From the NCBI RefSeq assembly GCF_024298765.1, contig NZ_CP101210.1: a stretch of 64,000 nucleotides of DNA. One strand, given 5' to 3'. The translations under genes were made by a program, and so were the position numbers. The notes below the pieces were generated by a model. The model had not been told where the DNA came from. It searched no databases and saw nothing but the letters and a program-made list of their open reading frames with translations. This DNA is from Escherichia coli (GTDB lineage: Bacteria; Pseudomonadota; Gammaproteobacteria; Enterobacterales; Enterobacteriaceae). Shown here in pieces: positions 35,279 through 45,953 of the stretch. Each line of letters begins with the position of its first letter. Position 1 is the first letter of the stretch.

Positions 35279-36352
35279 ATGACAGAGAAAAGAAGAACCC
35301 GCTGGCAGCGGCGGCCAGGCACGACGGGCGGCAAATTACCGTGGAATGACTGGCGCAATGCCACGACCTGGCGTAAAGCGACGCAATTATTACTGTTGGC
35401 AATGAATATTTATATTGCCATCACGTTCTGGTATTGGGTGCGCTATTACGAAACGGCAGGTAGTACGACATTTGTCACCAGACCGGGAGGTATCGAAGGC
35501 TGGCTACCGATTGCCGGTCTGATGAATCTGAAATATAGCCTTGCAACAGGCCAGTTACCGTCCGTCCACGCCGCCGCGATGCTGTTATTGGTCGCTTTTA
35601 TCGTCATCAGTCTATTATTAAAAAAGGCCTTTTGTTCATGGTTATGCCCGGTTGGTACGCTTTCTGAATTAATCGGCGATCTCGGTAACAAACTGTTTGG
35701 TCGGCAATTTGTCCTTCCCCGCTGGCTGGATACTCCTCTGCGCGGCGTGAAGTATTTGCTGTTGAGTTTTTTTCTTTATATTGCGTTATTGATGCCCGCT
35801 CAGGCGATTCACTATTTTATGTTGTCGCCCTACAGCGTGGTGATGGACGTTAAAATGCTCGATTTCTTTCGTCATATGGGGACCGCGACATTAATCAGCG
35901 TGACCGTTTTGCTGATTGCCAGCCTGTTTATTCGCCATGCCTGGTGTCGTTATCTTTGCCCATATGGCGCGCTGATGGGCGTGGTTTCGCTATTATCGCC
36001 GTTTAAGATTCGTCGCAATGCCGAAAGTTGTATCGACTGTGGCAAATGCGCAAAAAGTTGCCCATCACGGATCCCGGTCGATAAATTAATTCAGGTACGA
36101 AGCGTGGAATGTACCGGCTGTATGACTTGCGTAGAGTCATGTCCGGTAGCCTCAACATTGACCTTTTCACTGCAAAAACCTGCGGCAAATAAAAAAGCCT
36201 TTGCGTTGTCTGGCTGGTTAATGACGCTACTGGTTCTGGGGATTATGTTTGCGGTGATTGGTTACGCAATGTATGCGGGAGTATGGCAAAGCCCGGTGCC
36301 GGAGGAATTGTACCAACGCTTAATTCCGCAATCGCCAATGATTGGGCACTAA
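35279..36352 (+). CDS. yccM: YccM, polytopic membrane 4Fe-4S ferredoxin-type protein
   Basis: 357-aa ORF with CxxCxxC motifs (CIDCGKCAKSCP, CTGCMTCVESCP) and several transmembrane segments. Confidence 0.9.
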   Translation: MTEKRRTRWQRRPGTTGGKLPWNDWRNATTWRKATQLLLLAMNIYIAITFWYWVRYYETAGSTTFVTRPGGIEGWLPIAGLMNLKYSLATGQLPSVHAAAMLLLVAFIVISLLLKKAFCSWLCPVGTLSELIGDLGNKLFGRQFVLPRWLDTPLRGVKYLLLSFFLYIALLMPAQAIHYFMLSPYSVVMDVKMLDFFRHMGTATLISVTVLLIASLFIRHAWCRYLCPYGALMGVVSLLSPFKIRRNAESCIDCGKCAKSCPSRIPVDKLIQVRSVECTGCMTCVESCPVASTLTFSLQKPAANKKAFALSGWLMTLLVLGIMFAVIGYAMYAGVWQSPVPEELYQRLIPQSPMIGH

Positions 36353-36400
36353 ATTAGCAACAAGCGGAACATCACCTCGCACGGGGTGATGTTCACAAAA

Positions 36401-36574
36401 TCACATTATTTTGATTTTGACATCATAACTTTCAAGCCCGGTCATTTTTTCTCGTGCGGTGAAGCGAATTTCAGAGACTTCTTTCCCTGTATTCTTGTTC
36501 AGCTCGGCGATTTTTTGCGCGATAAAGTCGGCGATTTCCGTTTCGGCTTGTTTTTTTAACTCTTCAATATTCAC
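36401..36574 (-). CDS. gnsA: GnsA, small protein (overexpression suppresses secG/fabA defects); GTG start
   Basis: Minus-strand translation (M)NIEELKKQAETEIADFIAQKIAELNKNTGKEVSEIRFTAREKMTGLESYDVKIKIM, 57 aa; below the ORF-track size cut-off. Confidence 0.8.
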   Translation of the reverse strand: MNIEELKKQAETEIADFIAQKIAELNKNTGKEVSEIRFTAREKMTGLESYDVKIKIM

Positions 36575-36794
36575 TGTTAACCTCTTCTGGTCTTAAAAGA
36601 CAGCAACACGCCAGTAAGGTGTTGGTTCCCGGTACCCTGGTCAGGTAAGAAATGTTATAAGCCATCTCCCCGAAAGATTCAATAATCAACAGGTTATCGC
36701 TTACTATACATACAGCGTTGAAGAAAAATAAGGCAGATATAAAAAAGGCTCCACGAGGGAGCCTGATATTATTTTGTGAAATCCAGCGGCGCAT
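36564..36794 (-). CDS. ymcE: YmcE, small cold-shock-associated membrane protein
   Basis: 76-aa product MRRWISQNNIRLPRGAFFISALFFFNAVCIVSDNLLIIESFGEMAYNISY...; 3' end overlaps the gnsA start by 11 nt. Confidence 0.8.
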   Translation of the reverse strand: MRRWISQNNIRLPRGAFFISALFFFNAVCIVSDNLLIIESFGEMAYNISYLTRVPGTNTLLACCCLLRPEEVNSEY

Positions 36795-36967
36795 GGTCAG
36801 TGCGTATTTGCAGCGCGACGTTATCAAAGGTGATCATCGTCGATTTACAAAAAATACACTTAGCGCCCAAAGGGTTTCGCTCCGTCACATCGAATGCCGA
36901 TGTGCGGTACTGTGAACCATGACAACATGGACAGCGGAAATGGAGATGTTGAGTAATAACGGCAACC

Positions 36968-37180
36968 TTAGAGCGTAACAACGTTCGCTGCCGCGGGGCC
37001 ACGTTGCCCCTGCTCAATAGAAAATTCAACTTTCTGATTTTCGTTCAGTGTGCGGAATTCATTGCTCTGAATGGCGGTGAAATGGACGAAAACGTCTTTG
37101 CTGCCATCATCAGGAGTGATAAAGCCAAAACCTTTATCTGCGTTAAACCATTTTACTAAACCAGTCATTTTATTAGACAT
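36968..37180 (-). CDS. cspG: CspG, cold-shock protein (CspA family)
   Basis: 70-aa [56 protein letters not shown]... Confidence 0.95.
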   Translation of the reverse strand: MSNKMTGLVKWFNADKGFGFITPDDGSKDVFVHFTAIQSNEFRTLNENQKVEFSIEQGQRGPAAANVVTL

Positions 37181-37465
37181 ATTTTACTTCCTTCATTTTG
37201 GGCCTTTCGGCAAACAGGGCTTTAATACAGAAACTACTTAGTGTTCAGGAGAGAGACTCAAAAGAAGGGGATAATGCCTGATAATGAGAACTGCTTTAGT
37301 AAACTACTTTGTATGCTGTCTGTCTTTCAAACCGACGCAGCTATTAACGCATGATAATTGAGATTAAGCAAATTTTATTTTAGCCGTCCGGCGGTCTTAA
37401 ATATCGCTGGCTTTATTTTATTAACCCCGTATAGTGCAGCGCAGTATTTTCAGTAAGGAATTTGT

Positions 37466-37678
37466 TTGTCCCGTAAAATGACAGGAATTGTCAAAACCTT
37501 TGATCGCAAAAGCGGCAAAGGATTCATTATCCCCTCCGACGGTCGTAAAGAAGTCCAGGTCCATATTTCCGCATTCACTCCCCGCGACGCAGAAGTGCTT
37601 ATACCAGGATTACGCGTGGAATTTTGCCGCGTAAATGGCCTGCGAGGACCAACAGCGGCAAATGTATATCTCTCTTAA
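37466..37678 (+). CDS. cspH: CspH, CspA-family paralogue; TTG start
   Basis: 70-aa [56 protein letters not shown]...; divergent from cspG. Confidence 0.9.
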
Positions 37679-38118
37679 TATGAGTTGCTTGTTTAAAGCT
37701 GACTGGTTTTATTGGAATAGCTCAATAGTCAACACTACACATTATAACGCAAGTTACTTTTTCACAAAGAAACTAATCCATTTAAGCGAATATCTCTGCA
37801 CCTAATAGTTATAAATGCCACTTAACAGCCAGTTATAGTACCACATGAAACTATATTACCAACAATAGTTAATAGCTTTCTTAACAATTTTCTTATCTTT
37901 AATTTGTATTTTGCTAAGATTTATCTTATGCTCACAAGTCGTATTTCCAGAGGGGAATAGTTAACAATCTTATATTTCCCTCTGCGCGCCTTTCCCACCC
38001 GCAGTATATAGTGCTGGCGGTATGAGGAAAGGGAGATTTCACAAGGATGTTATACTCAAAGTAGATAATCCTGATCTCAAGCGTACGTATTGTCCATGCG
38101 ATGAATAAAGGAAAAGTT

Positions 38119-38424
38119 ATGAAACACAAGCTTTCTGCAATCCTTATGGCCTTCATGTTGACGACGCCAGCTGCATTTGCTGCCCCTGAAGCAGCAAACG
38201 GGACCGAGGCAACGACGGGTACTACTGGCACCACAACGACCACTACAGGTGCAACCACGACTGCTGCTACCACTGGTGGCGTGGCTGCTGGCGCTGTCGG
38301 CACGGCGACGGTTGTCGGTGTGGCAACGGCTGTTGGTGTGGCGACGTTGGCAGTTGTTGCAGCAAATGACAGTGGCGATGGCGGTTCTCATAACACCTCA
38401 ACCACCACGTCCACTACACGCTAA
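38119..38424 (+). CDS. gfcA: GfcA, threonine-rich small exported protein; first gene of the group 4 capsule (gfc) operon
   Basis: 101-aa product MKHKLSAILMAFMLTTPAAFA + Thr/Gly/Ala/Val low-complexity region; AAGGAAAAG SD upstream. Confidence 0.88.
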   Translation: MKHKLSAILMAFMLTTPAAFAAPEAANGTEATTGTTGTTTTTTGATTTAATTGGVAAGAVGTATVVGVATAVGVATLAVVAANDSGDGGSHNTSTTTSTTR

Positions 38425-38530
38425 TACTGCTTTAACGCGTCGAAATTAAAGTTAAATGATACCCGGTTGCGATATTCGTACCGGGCTTTAGAGATTTGCA
38501 TTTTTTTAATTAACCTTTCAAGGATTAAAG

Positions 38531-39175
38531 GTGCGCCCTCTTATTTTATCGATTTTCGCACTATTTCTTGCGGGATGTACACACAGCCAGCAAAGTATGG
38601 TCGATACATTTCGCGCCAGCCTTTTCGATAATCAGGATATCACCGTAGCGGATCAGCAGATCCAGGCGTTGCCTTATTCCACGATGTATTTACGCCTTAA
38701 TGAAGGGCAACGAATCTTTGTGGTACTGGGATATATAGAACAAGAACAAAGCAAATGGTTATCCCAGGATAACGCCATGCTGGTTACCCACAATGGACGT
38801 CTTTTAAAGACCGTCAAACTTAATAATAATCTGCTGGAAGTGACAAATTCCGGGCAGGACCCTCTGCGTAACGCGCTGGCAATAAAAGACGGCAGCCGTT
38901 GGACGCGCGATATTCTCTGGAGTGAAGACAACCATTTTCGCTCTGCGACCCTGAGTTCCACTTTTTCCTTTGCTGGATTAGAGACGCTGAATATTGCGGG
39001 TCGCGATGTGCTGTGTAATGTCTGGCAGGAAGAGGTGACTTCCACGCTGCCAGAAAAACAGTGGCAAAACACATTCTGGGTCGATTCGGCTACTGGCCAG
39101 GTTCGTCAAAGTCGGCAAATGTTAGGCGCAGGGGTTATTCCCGTAGAAATGACGTTTCTTAAACCCGCACCATGA
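38531..39175 (+). CDS. gfcB: GfcB, lipoprotein (YmcC family); GTG start
   Basis: 214-aa ORF MRPLILSIFALFLAGCTHSQ (lipobox LAGC). Confidence 0.9.
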   Translation: MRPLILSIFALFLAGCTHSQQSMVDTFRASLFDNQDITVADQQIQALPYSTMYLRLNEGQRIFVVLGYIEQEQSKWLSQDNAMLVTHNGRLLKTVKLNNNLLEVTNSGQDPLRNALAIKDGSRWTRDILWSEDNHFRSATLSSTFSFAGLETLNIAGRDVLCNVWQEEVTSTLPEKQWQNTFWVDSATGQVRQSRQMLGAGVIPVEMTFLKPAP

Positions 39176-39918
39176 ATAAATTACAGTCGTATTTCATTGC
39201 CAGCGTACTTTACGTAATGACACCCCATGCCTTTGCGCAAGGAACGGTGACTATTTATCTGCCTGGCGAACAACAGACACTTTCCGTTGGCCCCGTGGAA
39301 AATGTTGTCCAGTTGGTGACACAACCGCAACTGCGCGATCGCCTCTGGTGGCCTGGTGCCTTGCTGACCGACTCTGCGGCGAAAGCTAAAGCGCTTAAAG
39401 ACTACCAACATGTCATGGCACAGCTTGCTTCCTGGGAAGCAGAAGCTGACGACGATGTGGTGGCAACGATTAAATCCGTGCGCCAGCAGTTACTCAATCT
39501 CAAAATCACTGGTCGCTTACCGGTCAAACTGGACCCTGATTTTGTACGAGTGGATGAGAACAGCAATCCCCCGCTGGTCGGGGACTATACGCTCTATACC
39601 GTACAGCGTCCGGTGACTATTACTCTGCTGGGTGCGGTTTCTGGGACTGGGCAATTGCCCTGGCAGGCAGGCCGTAGCGTTACCGATTATCTGCAAGATC
39701 ACCCCCGCCTTGCAGGCGCGGACAAGAATAACGTTATGGTGATTACGCCTGAGGGTGAGACTGTCGTCGCCCCTGTTGCCCTGTGGAATAAAAGACATGT
39801 GGAACCACCGCCTGGCAGCCAGCTTTGGTTGGGCTTTTCTGCGCATGTACTGCCCGAAAAATATGCTGATTTAAATGACCAGATTGTGTCTGTTTTAACG
39901 CAACGTGTTCCTGACTGA
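39172..39918 (+). CDS. gfcC: GfcC, periplasmic capsule-assembly protein
   Basis: 248-aa [38 protein letters not shown]...; overlaps the gfcB stop. Confidence 0.92.
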   Translation: MNKLQSYFIASVLYVMTPHAFAQGTVTIYLPGEQQTLSVGPVENVVQLVTQPQLRDRLWWPGALLTDSAAKAKALKDYQHVMAQLASWEAEADDDVVATIKSVRQQLLNLKITGRLPVKLDPDFVRVDENSNPPLVGDYTLYTVQRPVTITLLGAVSGTGQLPWQAGRSVTDYLQDHPRLAGADKNNVMVITPEGETVVAPVALWNKRHVEPPPGSQLWLGFSAHVLPEKYADLNDQIVSVLTQRVPD

Positions 39919-42014
39919 TGAAGAAGAACTCTTATCTTTTAAGCTGCCTGGCCATTGCCGTCTCCAGTGCCTGTCATGCTGAAGTATTAACCTATCCGGA
40001 TCCGCTGGGTTCGTCGCAATCAGACTTTGGCGGCACAGGATTGTTGCAGATGCCAAATGCGCGCATCGCACCGGAAGGTGAATTCAGCGTAAACTACCGG
40101 GATAACGATCAATACCGTTTCTACTCCACCTCCGTGGCGCTGTTCCCATGGCTGGAAGGCACCATTCGTTATACGGATGTGCGCACACGCAAATATAGCC
40201 AGTGGGAAGATTTCAGCGGCGATCAGTCATACAAAGACAAATCTTTCGATTTTAAACTTCGCCTGTGGGAAGAAGGTTACTGGCTACCGCAAGTGGCATT
40301 TGGTAAACGTGATATTGCTGGTACGGGTCTGTTCGACGGTGAATATCTGGTCGCCAGCAAGCAAGCGGGCCCGTTCGATTTCACCCTCGGGATGGCCTGG
40401 GGCTACGCCGGTAATGCGGGCAATATTACCAACCCGTTTTGTCGGGTAAGCGATAAATATTGCCATCGCGCAGAGTCTCACGATGCGGGAGATATCAGCT
40501 TTAGCGATATCTTTCGTGGTCCAGCCTCTATTTTTGGCGGTATTGAGTATCAAACGCCGTGGAATCCTCTGCGTCTGAAACTCGAATACGATGGCAACAA
40601 TTACCAGAATGATTTCGCTGGCAAACTGCCTCAGGCAAGCCATTTCAACGTCGGCGCAGTCTATCGCGCTGCCAGCTGGGCAGATCTCAACCTGAGTTAT
40701 GAACGCGGTAACACGTTGATGTTTGGCTTCACGTTACGGACCAATTTCAACGATCTGCGCCCTGCCCTGCGCGATACGCCAAAACCGGCATATCAACCTG
40801 CGCCGGAATCTGAAGGATTGCAGTACACCACGGTAGCAAACCAACTTACCGCCCTGAAGTATAACGCGGGCTTTGACGCGCCAGAAATTCAGCTACGCGA
40901 TAAGACGCTGTATATGTCTGGTCAGCAATACAAATACCGTGACTCTCGCGAAGCGGTCGATCGTGCCAACCGGATTCTGGTGAATAACCTGCCGCAAGGC
41001 GTTGAGAAGATTAGCGTGACGCAAAAGCGCGAGCATATGGCGATGGTGACTACCGAAACCGACGTAGCCAGCCTGCGCAAACAACTGGCCGGTACAGCGC
41101 CTGGTCAATCAGAGCCACTGCAACAACAACGTGTTGAAGCTGAAGATCTTTCTGCCTTTGGTCGGGGCTACCGTATTCGTGAAGATCGCTTTAGCTACTC
41201 TTTCAACCCAACACTTTCACAGTCGCTGGGCGGCCCGGAAGATTTCTATATGTTCCAGTTAGGGCTGATGTCCAGCGCCCGCTACTGGTTTACCGACCAC
41301 CTGCTGCTTGATGGCGGTATTTTCACCAATATTTACAATAACTACGACAAGTTTAAGTCTTCGCTATTACCCGCGGACTCTACCCTGCCCCGCGTGCGCA
41401 CGCATATCCGTGATTACGTTCGCAATGACGTCTATCTCAACAACTTGCAAGCGAACTACTTTGCCGACTTAGGCAACGGTTTCTATGGCCAGGTGTATGG
41501 CGGTTATCTGGAAACGATGTATGCCGGTGTCGGTTCCGAGCTGCTTTATCGCCCGCTAGATGCCAGCTGGGCGCTGGGTGTGGACGTTAACTACGTGAAG
41601 CAGCGTGACTGGGACAACATGATGCGCTTCACCGATTATTCCACGCCAACAGGTTTCGTGACGGCTTACTGGAACCCGCCGACGCTCAATGGCGTACTGA
41701 TGAAACTTAGCGTTGGGCAATATCTGGCAAAAGATAAAGGTGCAACGATCGACGTCGCCAAACGCTTTGACAGCGGCGTGGCAGTAGGGGTATGGGCGGC
41801 AATCAGTAACGTATCAAAAGATGACTACGGCGAAGGCGGCTTTAGTAAAGGTTTTTATATCTCGATTCCGTTCGACTTGATGACCATTGGACCTAACCGC
41901 AACCGCGCGGTGGTTTCGTGGACACCATTGACGCGTGATGGTGGACAAATGCTGTCACGTAAATACCAGCTCTATCCAATGACGGCAGAGCGAGAAGTAC
42001 CGGTTGGACAATAA
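39918..42014 (+). CDS. gfcD: GfcD, outer-membrane beta-barrel lipoprotein (YjbH family)
   Basis: 698-aa [27 protein letters not shown]... Confidence 0.92.
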   Translation: MKKNSYLLSCLAIAVSSACHAEVLTYPDPLGSSQSDFGGTGLLQMPNARIAPEGEFSVNYRDNDQYRFYSTSVALFPWLEGTIRYTDVRTRKYSQWEDFSGDQSYKDKSFDFKLRLWEEGYWLPQVAFGKRDIAGTGLFDGEYLVASKQAGPFDFTLGMAWGYAGNAGNITNPFCRVSDKYCHRAESHDAGDISFSDIFRGPASIFGGIEYQTPWNPLRLKLEYDGNNYQNDFAGKLPQASHFNVGAVYRAASWADLNLSYERGNTLMFGFTLRTNFNDLRPALRDTPKPAYQPAPESEGLQYTTVANQLTALKYNAGFDAPEIQLRDKTLYMSGQQYKYRDSREAVDRANRILVNNLPQGVEKISVTQKREHMAMVTTETDVASLRKQLAGTAPGQSEPLQQQRVEAEDLSAFGRGYRIREDRFSYSFNPTLSQSLGGPEDFYMFQLGLMSSARYWFTDHLLLDGGIFTNIYNNYDKFKSSLLPADSTLPRVRTHIRDYVRNDVYLNNLQANYFADLGNGFYGQVYGGYLETMYAGVGSELLYRPLDASWALGVDVNYVKQRDWDNMMRFTDYSTPTGFVTAYWNPPTLNGVLMKLSVGQYLAKDKGATIDVAKRFDSGVAVGVWAAISNVSKDDYGEGGFSKGFYISIPFDLMTIGPNRNRAVVSWTPLTRDGGQMLSRKYQLYPMTAEREVPVGQ

Positions 42015-42059
42015 CCTGACGTAATTCATAACATTACATTGACTGATAAATATAAACCA

Positions 42060-43199
42060 ATGAAAAAGAACATTTTTAAGTTTTCGGTACTGACATTGGC
42101 TGTTCTGTCTTTGACAGCATGTACCCTTGTTCCTGGTCAGAATTTATCGACCAGTAACAAGGATGTCATTGAACTACCTGACAATCAGTATGACCTGGAC
42201 AAAATGGTCAATATCTATCCCGTCACGCCAGGATTGATTGATCAGCTGCGCGCCAAACCGATTATGTCGCAGGCTAATCCGGAGCTGGAGCAGCAAATCG
42301 CGAACTATGAATATCGTATCGGCATTGGGGATGTGTTGATGGTTACGGTCTGGGATCACCCGGAACTAACCACACCCGCAGGGCAATATCGTAGCGCCAG
42401 TGATACCGGCAACTGGGTTAACGCTGATGGTGCAATTTTCTACCCTTATATTGGCCGCCTGAAAGTGGCCGGGAAAACGCTTACCCAGGTACGCAACGAG
42501 ATTACAGCGCGTCTGGATTCAGTCATTGAAAGCCCGCAGGTCGATGTCAGCGTCGCGGCGTTCCGATCGCAAAAAGCGTACGTCACCGGCGAAGTCAGCA
42601 AATCGGGTCAGCAGCCGATTACCAATATTCCTCTGACCATCATGGATGCGATTAACGCCGCGGGCGGTCTGACCGCAGATGCAGACTGGCGCAACGTGGT
42701 GCTCACCCAGAATGGCGTAAAGACCAAAGTGAACCTCTATGCGCTGATGCAGCGTGGCGACTTGCGCCAGAACAAACTGCTGCACCCGGGCGATATTTTA
42801 TTTATTCCGCGCAACGATGATCTGAAAGTCTTCGTGATGGGTGAAGTGGGTAAACAGAGCACGCTGAAAATGGACCGCAGCGGTATGACCCTGGCGGAAG
42901 CGCTGGGTAACGCTGAGGGTATGAATCAGGATGTCGCTGATGCGACGGGGATTTTTGTTATTCGTGCAACGCAAAACAAGCAGAATGGCAAAATCGCCAA
43001 TATTTATCAGCTGAATGCGAAGGACGCATCGGCAATGATACTCGGAACGGAATTCCAGCTTGAACCTTACGACATTGTTTATGTCACTACCGCGCCGCTG
43101 GCTCGTTGGAACCGTGTGATTTCTCTGCTGGTACCGACGATTTCCGGGGTGCACGACCTGACAGAGACTTCACGGTGGATTCAAACATGGCCCAACTAA
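42060..43199 (+). CDS. gfcE: GfcE, Wza-like outer-membrane polysaccharide export lipoprotein
   Basis: 379-aa product [29 protein letters not shown]...; ORF track begins 7 codons upstream. Confidence 0.92.
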
Positions 43200-43633
43200 A
43201 ATTTAACTCAATCCTGGTGGTTTGTACCGGCAACATTTGCCGTTCGCCCATTGGCGAGCGCTTGCTGCGTAAACGTCTGCCAGGCGTAAAAGTCAAATCG
43301 GCAGGTGTTCATGGTCTGGTAAAACACCCTGCAGATGCGACAGCAGCAGATGTTGCCGCAAATCATGGCGTATCTCTTGAAGGACATGCCGGACGTAAGC
43401 TCACTGCTGAGATGGCACGAAATTACGATCTGATTCTGGCAATGGAGTCGGAACATATTGCTCAGGTTACCGCAATCGCTCCCGAGGTCCGCGGGAAGAC
43501 AATGCTGTTTGGGCAATGGCTGGAACAGAAAGAGATCCCGGATCCCTATCGTAAAAGTCAGGACGCATTTGAACATGTCTACGGTATGTTGGAGCGCGCC
43601 AGTCAGGAATGGGCGAAGCGCCTCAGCCGGTAA
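43187..43633 (+). CDS. etp: Etp, low-molecular-weight protein-tyrosine phosphatase
   Basis: 148-aa product [27 protein letters not shown] (CX5R P-loop); start overlaps the gfcE 3' end. Confidence 0.92.
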
Positions 43634-43652
43634 TTTGAGTTTATAAAATACG

Positions 43653-45833
43653 ATGACAACTAAAAATATGAATACGCCACCAGGCAGCACTCAGGAAAAT
43701 GAGATCGATCTGCTTCGTCTGGTCGGCGAGTTATGGGATCACCGTAAGTTTATTGTCAGCGTGACTGCGTTATTCACGCTGATCGCTGTCGCTTACTCGC
43801 TGTTAAGCACACCAATTTATCAGGCAGATACTCTGGTCCAGGTTGAGCAGAAACAGGGCAACGCCATTCTCAGCGGCCTGAGCGATATGATCCCTAACTC
43901 ATCGCCCGAGTCTGCACCGGAGATACAACTGCTGCAATCGCGCATGATTCTCGGTAAAACCATTGCTGAACTGAATCTGCGCGACATGGTTGAGCAGAAG
44001 TATTTTCCGATTGTGGGTCGCGGCTGGGCGAGATTAACCAAAGAGAAACCTGGTGAGCTGGCGATCAGCTGGATGCATATTCCACAACTGAATGGTCAGG
44101 ATCAGCAACTGACACTCACGGTTGGGGAAAACGGCCACTATACGCTGGAAGGTGAAGAGTTCACCGTCAATGGTATGGTCGGTCAGCGTCTGGAAAAAGA
44201 TGGCGTTGCGCTGACTATCGCGGACATTAAGGCCAAACCAGGAACACAGTTTGTCCTGAGCCAGCGTACCGAACTGGAAGCGATTAACGCGTTGCAGGAA
44301 ACCTTTACCGTTAGCGAACGCAGTAAAGAAAGCGGGATGCTGGAACTTACCATGACCGGTGATGATCCCCAGTTGATTACCCGTATTCTGAACAGCATCG
44401 CTAACAACTATTTGCAACAGAATATCGCTCGCCAGGCGGCGCAGGATTCACAAAGCCTTGAATTCTTACAGCGCCAGTTGCCTGAAGTGCGCAGCGAGCT
44501 GGACCAGGCGGAAGAAAAACTCAACGTTTATCGCCAGCAGCGCGATTCGGTTGACCTTAACCTGGAAGCCAAAGCCGTTCTTGAGCAGATTGTTAACGTT
44601 GATAATCAACTCAATGAGCTGACCTTCCGCGAGGCAGAGATCTCCCAGCTGTATAAGAAAGATCACCCAACTTATCGTGCGCTGCTGGAAAAACGCCAGA
44701 CGCTGGAGCAAGAACGCAAACGCCTGAATAAGCGGGTATCGGCAATGCCTTCCACCCAACAGGAAGTATTGCGTTTAAGCCGTGACGTAGAAGCGGGCCG
44801 TGCGGTATATCTGCAATTACTTAACCGCCAGCAGGAGTTGAGTATTTCGAAATCCAGTGCGATTGGTAACGTGCGGATTATCGACCCGGCAGTCACTCAG
44901 CCGCAGCCAGTGAAACCGAAAAAAGCGTTGAATGTGGTGCTTGGTTTTATTCTTGGCCTGTTTATTTCGGTGGGTGCCGTGCTGGCGCGTGCGATGTTGC
45001 GTCGTGGTGTAGAAGCACCAGAACAACTGGAAGAGCACGGCATCAGCGTTTATGCCACTATCCCGATGTCCGAGTGGCTGGATAAGCGTACCCGTCTGCG
45101 TAAGAAAAATTTATTTTCTAATCAGCAGCGCCATCGTACTAAAAATATCCCCTTCCTGGCGGTGGATAACCCGGCAGATTCTGCTGTGGAAGCCGTACGT
45201 GCGCTACGAACCAGTCTGCACTTCGCTATGATGGAGACAGAGAATAACATTCTGATGATCACCGGTGCGACGCCAGACAGTGGTAAAACGTTCGTCAGTT
45301 CAACTCTGGCGGCGGTGATCGCCCAGTCCGATCAAAAAGTGTTATTTATTGATGCCGACTTACGTCGTGGTTATTCGCATAACCTGTTTACCGTGAGTAA
45401 TGAACATGGCTTGTCGGAATATCTGGCAGGGAAAGATGAGCTCAACAAAGTGATCCAGCATTTTGGCAAAGGAGGCTTTGATGTGATTACTCGCGGTCAG
45501 GTGCCACCTAACCCGTCTGAACTGCTGATGCGCGATCGGATGCGTCAATTACTGGAATGGGCGAACGACCATTACGATCTGGTGATTGTCGATACGCCGC
45601 CGATGCTGGCGGTGAGCGATGCTGCGGTCGTGGGGCGCTCTGTCGGCACCAGCCTGCTGGTTGCGCGTTTTGGCCTGAACACCGCCAAAGAGGTGAGCTT
45701 GTCAATGCAGCGTCTGGAACAGGCTGGCGTTAATATTAAAGGCGCAATCCTCAATGGTGTGATTAAACGCGCCAGCACCGCTTACAGTTACGGCTATAAC
45801 TATTACGGTTATAGTTACTCCGAGAAAGAGTAA
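43653..45833 (+). CDS. etk: Etk, BY-kinase (Wzc-like tyrosine autokinase)
   Basis: 726-aa ORF with Walker A GATPDSGKTF and C-terminal tyrosine cluster YSYGYNYYGYSYSEKE. Confidence 0.95.
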   Translation: MTTKNMNTPPGSTQENEIDLLRLVGELWDHRKFIVSVTALFTLIAVAYSLLSTPIYQADTLVQVEQKQGNAILSGLSDMIPNSSPESAPEIQLLQSRMILGKTIAELNLRDMVEQKYFPIVGRGWARLTKEKPGELAISWMHIPQLNGQDQQLTLTVGENGHYTLEGEEFTVNGMVGQRLEKDGVALTIADIKAKPGTQFVLSQRTELEAINALQETFTVSERSKESGMLELTMTGDDPQLITRILNSIANNYLQQNIARQAAQDSQSLEFLQRQLPEVRSELDQAEEKLNVYRQQRDSVDLNLEAKAVLEQIVNVDNQLNELTFREAEISQLYKKDHPTYRALLEKRQTLEQERKRLNKRVSAMPSTQQEVLRLSRDVEAGRAVYLQLLNRQQELSISKSSAIGNVRIIDPAVTQPQPVKPKKALNVVLGFILGLFISVGAVLARAMLRRGVEAPEQLEEHGISVYATIPMSEWLDKRTRLRKKNLFSNQQRHRTKNIPFLAVDNPADSAVEAVRALRTSLHFAMMETENNILMITGATPDSGKTFVSSTLAAVIAQSDQKVLFIDADLRRGYSHNLFTVSNEHGLSEYLAGKDELNKVIQHFGKGGFDVITRGQVPPNPSELLMRDRMRQLLEWANDHYDLVIVDTPPMLAVSDAAVVGRSVGTSLLVARFGLNTAKEVSLSMQRLEQAGVNIKGAILNGVIKRASTAYSYGYNYYGYSYSEKE

Positions 45834-45849
45834 AACTGAAGGTAAGGTG

Positions 45850-45883
45850 GCCGGATGCGGCGTGAACGCCTTTTCCGGCCTAC
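45850..45883. repeat. REP element
   Basis: GCCGGATGCGGCGTGAACGCCTTTTCCGGCCTAC between etk and appA. Confidence 0.75.
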
Positions 45884-45953
45884 GCATCAGACAGTTCTTC
45901 GTTTGTCATCAGCTTCAGAGCATTCAGGTAACTGAATGCTCTTTTTTTATGCA

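Noticed and set aside
37932-38449. ORFs 37932-38303 (-), 38077-38391 (-) and 38177-38449 (+) overlapping gfcA
   Set aside because: They are produced by the ACN/GCN repeat DNA that encodes the GfcA Thr/Ala/Val tract; only the gfcA frame has a signal peptide and ribosome-binding site.
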